The notes under the pieces are model-generated. The model was given only the letters and a program-made list of their open reading frames with translations. It was not told the origin of the DNA and ran no database searches. Below, piece by piece: positions 6,255 to 13,822 of a DNA stretch of 15,981 nt (positions are counted from its first letter, which is position 1; each line of letters starts with the position of its first letter). The DNA comes from Ignavibacteriota bacterium (GTDB taxonomy: Bacteria; Bacteroidota; Ignavibacteria; UBA10030; CAVZMI01): positions 1-15,981 of the forward strand of contig CAVZMI010000009.1 of NCBI GenBank assembly GCA_963776275.1, written 5' to 3'. Position numbers and translations under genes: made by a program.

Positions 6255-8987
6255 ATGGTATCTCGTATATTTTTTAGCCCCCGCGAGGATTTTGGATACT
6301 ATAAGAAGATTCATGAAATATACATCTCTTGTAGATTTCAATCACTTCTGACGATTGCACTATTATTCTTTTTTGCTTTTTCTGTTCCTTCATATAGTCA
6401 AGGCGTTAGAATACACGAGCGAATCGAGATAAAACCGGAGAACAACATAAAGTTGCAGGCAACGACATCTTCAACGATTCCAAAAGGAACGCTCGCCGTT
6501 GATTCAGATGTAGGAGAAGACAAATGTGCAGGATTTTATATTGAAATTAATGGAGTTTCCTTTGGTCCATATGCGCCCGTTCGATTTTCAGAATGTCTTC
6601 CAAATGGATTATATTATTTTGGTCGATTTCCTGCAGGAACTGTTATAGTTCCAGTTACAAGAAGACTCACAAGCTACGTACAGGGATGGCCAGATGTTGA
6701 TCTTATTCAGGAGCCCTATACGATCGAAACTGTTACTTTTGAGATGAATCAAGAAACCGGCAGGTATGAGCCTGAAGGATATATGGAAATATATATAAAT
6801 GATCTTCTTCATCATATCGAGGGAACATTTTCAAAAGACCATATTGAAATAGGCGAAGAAACGATTTTGAACTTAATGCCAGTATCATACGACGGCGGAT
6901 TTTGTGGATTGCATGACGATCTAATGATTGCAGTATTTCCTCTTGCCTCGATGCAGTTATTGGATGCCGATAGTATGGATGGTTCAACATGTTACTATCG
7001 ATGGGGAAATGCAAAAGGGGGAATACGAGCAGTCGGAGAAACGACATATGGAGACGGAGAGTTTTATGATGGGAATGTGCGGATTTGGTGTGAGGGAGGA
7101 TATGACGACTCGTTGACAACTGCACCGATATCGGTACGGACGATAAAGGATATCGATCATTTTTCGGTTAGGATTGTTCCGGACACGATAGCATATGGAA
7201 AAAGCAGCAAGGTATATGTTCAGGCAAAAGATGAGAACGATAATGATATGGTTCCGCCGTATTCTGTAAACTTATTATTAAATATTGAAAAACCGCTTGA
7301 GGGAGGAGCAGGGTCGATTCGTCAGATGGTTCCGCAGAAGTCGAAACTTCCGGCAATTCAATCGGGAACCTTGGGAATATATCCGTATGGATATTTACGA
7401 AGCCCGGACGGACAGTTTGGCGAGACTCTTTATGATGTTCCATACGAAGTTGCGCGTGAAAGCGGGGTGGAATATATTGCAGATGGAGATTCCTTAAAGA
7501 GCAAAGGTTTTATAAATTTGACTCTTGCCGTTGATGATCAAATACACCCGACGGGATACGGGACGGTATCAGTTATCTCATGGTCAATATTGGTAACGGT
7601 GGCACCTTCGACAATATCACCGGGAGATACGGCGGATATTATTGTACAGAAGAAGAACTATGACGGAAGTATCGAGGATTTCCCGCCGGACCAGAAATTT
7701 GAGATCGGGATGTTGAGCGGGTGCATGGCGGGTGAAATATTGACATCTGTCGGGAAAGCGACATATTTCAGAGACGTATCTCCGCCCTTCAAATTTGTTG
7801 CTGCAGATAGTGTTGATTCAACAAACAATAAAGTATTGATTCGTGCGGGCATTAATGTGGATAATGGTGGAGGAGGCACAGCGGGTTCTATTCGTAATGT
7901 AAGTTCGATTGAGATGCCGGACAATTTGAAGATGAAAAAGCAGGGGTCGCATGCGAAGCTTAAGGAGATGAGACCGAATTTATCTGTTAAAAAGAAACCG
8001 ATAAAAACGGCATCGATGGACGCTTGTAATATGAATGAGTTTGTTTATGACAGGTATGGCGTGGGAGAGGTGGGGGTTGGGAAAAAGAAGCTGAAGATTC
8101 TAGATCATAGTCCATGGACGATTTGGCCATATCTGCCACCTGAGAATATAAGTCATAGAAGCAGAGGAGCAGATCGACCGGGATATATGCCGTGGCGACC
8201 ATTTACAATCCAGGTACTCGATTGTGATAATAAACCTTTGGGGGGTGAAGGGGTAACAATACAAGCAGAATTCACAGAAGGTAGTGGCGGACATCAACAT
8301 AGTGACGGTAGTGCCCATCGTGTTCTTGACAACGATAAGTATGGCTATTTCTTTGGTCCGGAAGGAAAAGTTCAAAAAACACTTGATCTTGTTACAAAAT
8401 CAGATGGTAAAGCTATAGTAGACTCGTTTGCACAAGAACAATTTTCTGGGCAATATCTTATAAAAGCGTACTTGAAATCTGATCCGAGTGTTTTTGACAC
8501 CGTTAATCTTGAGGTAAAAGTCCCTGATCTTGTTAATTTTCGTGATCTCATAGTCGCAGAAAGAGATAAATATTACATATTCTGGCAATCGACACCAGGT
8601 GAAATAAATCATCCCCTTAACTCCTGGTGTACACGAGAAATGGCTGATAGCCTATTGTTCGCCATCTTCGATTTTTATTATTGGAGTGCTTATGACAAAG
8701 GTGGTGGAATACCATTAACGCTGAGTCTTAACGATCTGAGTCTCCCATTAGGTGGGACGTATGATATTACCGGGAATTGGGAATATAATTATCATTCACT
8801 TCATCGCTGTGGAAAGAGTATTGATATAAATGATACTCATGGTTTTATGACAAAAGAACAGGATCCAAATAATCCAAAGAAGCTAATCGGGAAAATGACG
8901 AGATTGGGAATAAAGTTAGAGGATACTTTTCTTTTATTTAAATTTGAACGTATCGAGGAACCATCAATCCATTTCGAATTAAAATGA
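6255..8987 (+). CDS. large secreted protein with Ig-like repeats and a C-terminal MepA(M74)/M15-like zinc metallopeptidase domain
   Basis: 910-aa ORF with AGAGGA upstream. Hydrophobic signal-like segment LLTIALLFFFAFSVPSYSQ. C-terminal NDLSLPLGG...HSLHRCGKSIDI...IHFE resembles the MepA DxSxPxGG..HxSHxxGxDxD..H pattern. Exact start uncertain. Confidence 0.7.
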   Translation: MVSRIFFSPREDFGYYKKIHEIYISCRFQSLLTIALLFFFAFSVPSYSQGVRIHERIEIKPENNIKLQATTSSTIPKGTLAVDSDVGEDKCAGFYIEINGVSFGPYAPVRFSECLPNGLYYFGRFPAGTVIVPVTRRLTSYVQGWPDVDLIQEPYTIETVTFEMNQETGRYEPEGYMEIYINDLLHHIEGTFSKDHIEIGEETILNLMPVSYDGGFCGLHDDLMIAVFPLASMQLLDADSMDGSTCYYRWGNAKGGIRAVGETTYGDGEFYDGNVRIWCEGGYDDSLTTAPISVRTIKDIDHFSVRIVPDTIAYGKSSKVYVQAKDENDNDMVPPYSVNLLLNIEKPLEGGAGSIRQMVPQKSKLPAIQSGTLGIYPYGYLRSPDGQFGETLYDVPYEVARESGVEYIADGDSLKSKGFINLTLAVDDQIHPTGYGTVSVISWSILVTVAPSTISPGDTADIIVQKKNYDGSIEDFPPDQKFEIGMLSGCMAGEILTSVGKATYFRDVSPPFKFVAADSVDSTNNKVLIRAGINVDNGGGGTAGSIRNVSSIEMPDNLKMKKQGSHAKLKEMRPNLSVKKKPIKTASMDACNMNEFVYDRYGVGEVGVGKKKLKILDHSPWTIWPYLPPENISHRSRGADRPGYMPWRPFTIQVLDCDNKPLGGEGVTIQAEFTEGSGGHQHSDGSAHRVLDNDKYGYFFGPEGKVQKTLDLVTKSDGKAIVDSFAQEQFSGQYLIKAYLKSDPSVFDTVNLEVKVPDLVNFRDLIVAERDKYYIFWQSTPGEINHPLNSWCTREMADSLLFAIFDFYYWSAYDKGGGIPLTLSLNDLSLPLGGTYDITGNWEYNYHSLHRCGKSIDINDTHGFMTKEQDPNNPKKLIGKMTRLGIKLEDTFLLFKFERIEEPSIHFELK

Positions 8988-9010
8988 AGTAATTGATTGG
9001 AGACAAAAAA

Positions 9011-10609
9011 ATGAAAACTAAAATTAGCATCTTTACTTTGATTTTAATTATGAACTCTATTCAGATCAAAGCTCAAGATCGAAGTACAGACTATCCTTTT
9101 TTATATAAAGTGACACTTAGATGCCGGATCAATTATTATGCAAATAATCAAATGTACTTGTTTAGTTACACGCTAATTAGTGATACTTCGAATCGAGGAG
9201 ATATATCAACTATTGATATTGATCTTTGGCGAGGCCCGAATTCAGTTGTTTATGATACAATCGGTTTGAAATTTGATTCACACTATGAGGAATGGGCATT
9301 TAGACGTTATTATCCTCTTGTTTATCAGAATATTGTGCCTGTTGGTTTTCCTCTATTACCAAACATGAATTGGACTGGAATAATTAACCCTAATTCTTCA
9401 ATGGCGCATTTTTTTGTGGATTCACTCATGCCTCGTCCAGGTGAGAGAACCGATAATATAACAATAATGAGCAAAGCAATTCCTGGTATTAGAAGCTTTG
9501 TAGCAAAGCCATTTATATGGATTGAGCTATTTTTCCCCGCAGATGATACTACCATAACCGTCACTCAAGAAGACTCGATTAAAAATGCCGTAAATTTCCA
9601 CGGCTGGACAGTCGGTCCGATTGCACCACCTATAATCTTCAAGCCGTCTGAGTGGATAGATACACTTCTTTCATTTACTAATCGTTCCCTGAAATATAAC
9701 TGGATAACAACGCAACCGACAGCCGATAAATATTTAGCATTCTTTAAATCCGCTAAATTCTCAATTCAGGCAAATAATATCGGTGCTGCCAGAGCAACAC
9801 TCAATTTAGTACTTAGTGCTGCAAATCAAGACAGCTCATCAACACTCACAAGCGAGGCATACGCCCTCATTCGTTATAACACGGAGTATCTGCTACAGCA
9901 TCTGCCAAATCCCATATCGGCATTGGATATGCTCGATACACTCCGCTCTCGTTTGCAACAGGCTTTCACAAACAACTGGCTCGGCGATAAACGCTTTAAA
10001 GAAGAACTCGACCGTCATCTAGAAAACGCTAAGAAAAACCTTATCTCTGGCGATTCTATAGCCTGTGCACAGGAACTCGATGATTTTCAGAGACAATTAA
10101 AAGCTGAGTACATCGCCAAACCTAAGAAAAATGATAAACGCTTCGTAACACCAGACGGATATCAATATCTATACCCCTATGCACAATCCATTGTAGAACT
10201 GGTCATAACGTTACCGCCACGATCTGAGGCATCGATCTCAGATCAACTTGCAACTCTGAAAGCCCAAATTCGTACGGATGCCGGCAGCGGCTTGCTTGGG
10301 ACAGAAATACTGATACGCGGTCTTGAGATGATGGTAGAAGGGGCGCAGAAACAGTTACGGCGGAAAGACTCGACCGGGACAGCGTTACATCTGATGCTCT
10401 TCCAGCAGACGGTACGATTGACCTATGAGCTGACGAAGAAACGCTTTAATGAAAGGCTGTACATGAAACCGGCAGGATACGTATCGCTCTATTACCGTGT
10501 GGGCTATATACTGGAGAAATTACCGGAGCCGTTTGGAAAGACACTGCCAAAGATGGAGCCGGGATTAGAACAGGAATTAATGCAATACAAGCGACAGGTA
10601 GAACAGTAA
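9011..10609 (+). CDS. secreted protein with an N-terminal beta-rich domain and three tandem FIMAH-like helical repeats
   Basis: GGAG at 8999-9002 supports ATG 9011. Signal peptide MKTKISIFTLILIMNSIQIKA-Q. Three ~90-aa repeats sharing (I/L)(D/A)TL...A...L..(F)...(A/G)Y..(I/L).Y....(I/L). Confidence 0.7.
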   Translation: MKTKISIFTLILIMNSIQIKAQDRSTDYPFLYKVTLRCRINYYANNQMYLFSYTLISDTSNRGDISTIDIDLWRGPNSVVYDTIGLKFDSHYEEWAFRRYYPLVYQNIVPVGFPLLPNMNWTGIINPNSSMAHFFVDSLMPRPGERTDNITIMSKAIPGIRSFVAKPFIWIELFFPADDTTITVTQEDSIKNAVNFHGWTVGPIAPPIIFKPSEWIDTLLSFTNRSLKYNWITTQPTADKYLAFFKSAKFSIQANNIGAARATLNLVLSAANQDSSSTLTSEAYALIRYNTEYLLQHLPNPISALDMLDTLRSRLQQAFTNNWLGDKRFKEELDRHLENAKKNLISGDSIACAQELDDFQRQLKAEYIAKPKKNDKRFVTPDGYQYLYPYAQSIVELVITLPPRSEASISDQLATLKAQIRTDAGSGLLGTEILIRGLEMMVEGAQKQLRRKDSTGTALHLMLFQQTVRLTYELTKKRFNERLYMKPAGYVSLYYRVGYILEKLPEPFGKTLPKMEPGLEQELMQYKRQVEQ

Positions 10610-10668
10610 AAGACGCAAAACCTGTCGACGAATAATGTGGTAGAGTTTAATTTGCCGTAGAGAAAAAG

Positions 10669-10760
10669 ATAACCACAGAGTACACGGAGGTTAGAAAGAT
10701 GAGGTCACAGAGATTGATACTCCGCGTCCTCATTTATAACTCAGTGTCCTCTGTGGTTAT
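10669..10760. repeat. 92-bp imperfect palindrome, REP-like (ACCACAGAG.ACAC.GAG type)
   Basis: Left arm ATAACCACAGAGtACACgGAGgTTAgAAAgaTGAGG matches the reverse complement of the right arm, ATAACCACAGAGgACACtGAGTTAtAAATGAGG. The outer 12 bp are perfect. Confidence 0.85.
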
Positions 10761-10785
10761 ATTTTAAAAATTGTGAAAGGTCTTT

Positions 10786-11418
10786 ATGAAAAAGATGTTC
10801 ATTATATTAATATTGATGCCGTTGATTCTACTGGCTCAAGGTTACGAAATCCCCTACAACTCCAAGGACAACTCACTCGCACTGACCGTTGAAAACACGG
10901 CAGCGGTTGCTGCGAAAAATGTCACCGTCGAGATCCAGAATACACAGTCATGGTTGAAGCTTGAATCATCGAAAATCATGCTCAAAGATATCCTCTCGAA
11001 GCAGTCAAAAGACGCTGAGTTTCTGTTTTCAGTTGAACGGTTTGCACCAATCGGTAAAGAACAAAAAATCAAAGCATTGATTAAAACATCTGATGGACAG
11101 GCATGGACGAAGGAAATAGCATTCACGATCAGTCCGCCGAAGGAATTTCATTTATACGACAATTTCCCCAATCCATTCAACCCGACAACAAAGATCGCTT
11201 TCGAGTTACCCGTGGTATCGAAGGTCAAGCTTGTTATTTACGATGCACTCGGACGCGAAGTGCGGACTCTCACGGACGACGAATACCCTTCGGGATACAT
11301 CGAATTAACCTGGGATGGCAGAAGTGAAACCGGGACAATGGTTTCTTCGGGCGTTTATTTCTATCGTATCTCGACATCAAAATGGAATTCTGTGAAGAAA
11401 ATGGTACTATTGCGTTGA
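10786..11418 (+). CDS. secreted protein with one small Ig-like domain and a T9SS type A / FlgD_ig-like C-terminal sorting domain
   Basis: Signal peptide MKKMFIILILMPLILLA-Q. C-terminus NFPNPFNPTTKIAF...IYDALGREV...WDGRSETG..VSSGVYFYRI...KKMVLLR. Confidence 0.88.
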   Translation: MKKMFIILILMPLILLAQGYEIPYNSKDNSLALTVENTAAVAAKNVTVEIQNTQSWLKLESSKIMLKDILSKQSKDAEFLFSVERFAPIGKEQKIKALIKTSDGQAWTKEIAFTISPPKEFHLYDNFPNPFNPTTKIAFELPVVSKVKLVIYDALGREVRTLTDDEYPSGYIELTWDGRSETGTMVSSGVYFYRISTSKWNSVKKMVLLR

Positions 11419-11450
11419 ATTTAGAAAAAAAAATTAATTAAATGTGGCAG

Positions 11451-12005
11451 CTACAACCCCTTCTGATTTCCTCCGGAACGGAAAATATAAGCAAGCTCAA
11501 AGACTGCAATGCCGTAGGCCACGGCTACATTCAGCGATTGCTTCGTTCCCACCATCGGAATCTCGATAGCCATATCGGCTGCCTCCACCAGTTTATGCGA
11601 CACGCCGGTAATCTCGTTCCCGATGACCAGACAGAGTGGAAAATTTGAGGGGGAGACTGACGTATAGGGAATACTCTTTGTTGTCTGTTCAAGAACGCAG
11701 ATTGCGACTTTTTGCTGTTTCAATTCAAGGATTACTTCAAGTGGATCTTTTCGGTACTCCCACGGAACGGTCCCGGTTGCTCCGAGTGCGGTTTTTTCTA
11801 TTTCTTTACGGGGTGGATGTGGGGTGAATCCACAGAGAAAGAGTTTATGGATCCATGCCCCATCCAACGTCCTGAAAATCGATCCTATGTTATAGAGTGA
11901 GCGTACGTTATCGACAAGCACGTCAATGGGCACGCGAGGTGTGGCTTGAAGATCGGCTCGTTTGGTGCGCTGAGCGGCAATTTCATCATGTGTTAATTTT
12001 CTCAT
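11451..12005 (-). CDS. SpoU/TrmH family RNA 2'-O-methyltransferase
   Basis: SPOUT motifs DNVRSLYNIGSIFRT, LVIGNEITGV and EIPMVGTKQSLNVAVA. Confidence 0.93.
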   Translation of the reverse strand: MRKLTHDEIAAQRTKRADLQATPRVPIDVLVDNVRSLYNIGSIFRTLDGAWIHKLFLCGFTPHPPRKEIEKTALGATGTVPWEYRKDPLEVILELKQQKVAICVLEQTTKSIPYTSVSPSNFPLCLVIGNEITGVSHKLVEAADMAIEIPMVGTKQSLNVAVAYGIAVFELAYIFRSGGNQKGL

Positions 12006-12065
12006 CTCTAAAATATAAGAAAATTTTACACTTTTCCCAGGAGCTTAAGAAATTAGATCACCCTA

Positions 12066-12094
12066 TTGCTTCAAATAAAGAAAATTCTTACATT
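12066..12094 (+). promoter_or_regulatory. sigma70-like promoter of cmk-ispH-rpsA
   Basis: TTGCTT at 12066-12071, 17-nt spacer, TACATT at 12089-12094, in the divergent intergenic region. Confidence 0.55.
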
Positions 12095-12123
12095 TTAAAG
12101 CTAAGATAACGATACAGGGTAGC

Positions 12124-12801
12124 TTGAAGAAGATCATCATTGCCATCGATGGTCCCGCAGCGTCGGGAAAAAGCACGACAGCCCGGCGTGTTGCCGAGCA
12201 GCTTGGTTATCTTTACATCGATACGGGTGCGATGTATCGTGCCATTACTTGGCGGGTTTTAAACGAAAACATCAATCCATCTGACGAAGAAGAAGTCTCA
12301 CGTATTGCAGAAAAAATACATGTCCGTTTAGAAAAGGACAATAGTTCTTTGAGAGTGTTGGTCGACGGAAAAGATGTCACGCGAGAAATACGCCTTCCAG
12401 AAGTGACGAAAGCCGCCAGTGCGGTGAGCAGCATTCCACGCGTGAGAGAAGTGATGGTTCGCGAGCAGCGTTTCATGGGAGTAGAAAAGGGGGTTGTGCT
12501 CGAAGGACGCGATATCGGTACGGTGGTCTTCCCTCAGGCAGAACTGAAAATTTTTATGGTTGCCAATCCACGGGTCCGTGCGGAGCGCCGTGCAAAAGAA
12601 CTGCTGGAGCAGGGGATTTCAACCAATTTGGAAACGCTCGAAAATGAAATTGTGATTCGTGATAGAAAAGACTCCACACGACAGATGAGCCCGCTGCGAA
12701 AAGCCGATGATGCCATCGAACTCGATACATCGTTCCTTGGCATTGAAGAGCAGGTGGATTTTGTTCTGGCGAAGGCACGGGTTATTATCGAAAATTCATG
12801 A
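12124..12801 (+). CDS. cmk: cytidylate kinase
   Basis: IAIDGPAASGKST P-loop, YIDTGAMYRA, EGRDIGTVVFP and RDRKDSTR..SPL. TTG start. Confidence 0.97.
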   Translation: MKKIIIAIDGPAASGKSTTARRVAEQLGYLYIDTGAMYRAITWRVLNENINPSDEEEVSRIAEKIHVRLEKDNSSLRVLVDGKDVTREIRLPEVTKAASAVSSIPRVREVMVREQRFMGVEKGVVLEGRDIGTVVFPQAELKIFMVANPRVRAERRAKELLEQGISTNLETLENEIVIRDRKDSTRQMSPLRKADDAIELDTSFLGIEEQVDFVLAKARVIIENS

Positions 12802-13691
12802 AAATTACCGTTGATATAAATTCGGGTTTTTGCTGGGGTGTTATTCGTACGATCGACATCGCCGAGCAGGAGCTTCAGGAATCCGGAACGCTTTATTCGC
12901 TCGGTGAGATCATCCATAATCCCGTCGAGATTCAACGACTGAAACGAGAAGGACTTAAGCCAATTTCCCACGCAGATCTTGAATCGTTCCGGGGAGCAAA
13001 GATTCTTATTCGCGCGCATGGAGAACCGCCCGAGACTTATGAGAAGGCCCGTGCACTCGGAATTACACTTATAGATGCAACGTGCCCGGTAGTAACGAAA
13101 GTCCAGGAACGGATCAGAAAGTTCTATGATAATGGTTTTCAGGTCGTTATCTTTGGGAAAAAAGATCACGCTGAAGTCATTGGACTGGTAGGACAGACCA
13201 AAGGGGAAGCAGTAGTTATCAAGTCGCTTGATGAGATTTCAAAGATTGATTGCAGCCGCAAGACGGTGTTGTTCTCACAGACGACTATGGATAAACCGAC
13301 ATTTTATGCAATCCGTGATAATCTTGCACGCCGGATAAAAGAGTTTGAAGTCGCGACTTTTGAAAACGAAGCGATAGAATTTCATGCGAAAGACACCATC
13401 TGCGGTCAGGTATCTGGACGTGAAAAGAAACTGCGGGAGTTTGCCGCACAGAATGATGTAATTATTTTTGTTGCCGGACGCACGAGCTCAAACGGCAAAG
13501 TCCTGTTCGAGATTGCCCGTGAAGTAAACGAGCGTACATATTTTATCGAAGATATTGACGAGTTAGAGCGGAAGTGGTTTGAGGGAAAAGAAAGTGTCGG
13601 AATTACCGGGTCGACATCGACGCCTCAATGGCTTATGGAAAAAGTGAAAGTCACGATAGAGGCACTTGTCCCGAACGATATTATTGCATAG
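12798..13691 (+). CDS. ispH: 4-hydroxy-3-methylbut-2-enyl diphosphate reductase
   Basis: Three Fe-S cysteines (GFCWGV, DATCPVV, DTICG), plus IIHN, RAHG, HAEV, SQTT, SSN and GSTSTP. ATGA overlap with cmk. Confidence 0.97.
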   Translation: MKITVDINSGFCWGVIRTIDIAEQELQESGTLYSLGEIIHNPVEIQRLKREGLKPISHADLESFRGAKILIRAHGEPPETYEKARALGITLIDATCPVVTKVQERIRKFYDNGFQVVIFGKKDHAEVIGLVGQTKGEAVVIKSLDEISKIDCSRKTVLFSQTTMDKPTFYAIRDNLARRIKEFEVATFENEAIEFHAKDTICGQVSGREKKLREFAAQNDVIIFVAGRTSSNGKVLFEIAREVNERTYFIEDIDELERKWFEGKESVGITGSTSTPQWLMEKVKVTIEALVPNDIIA

Positions 13692-13822
13692 AGTGAATTT
13701 ACGTCATCATTAAATCATATTGTCAATCACTTATAATGATCGGTACTCTCTTTATGAACGCGGAAGCAGCATTTTGATGACAGTGCCTGCTCTTGTGGAA
13801 ATGAAGGGATTGTGGAGGCTTA

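Noticed and set aside
8993-9010. TTG start at 8993 for the 538-aa ORF
   Set aside because: This stretch contains the SD (GGAG) for ATG 9011, which gives a canonical signal peptide.
12534-13169. 211-aa minus-strand ORF
   Set aside because: Antisense shadow of cmk/ispH with no motifs.
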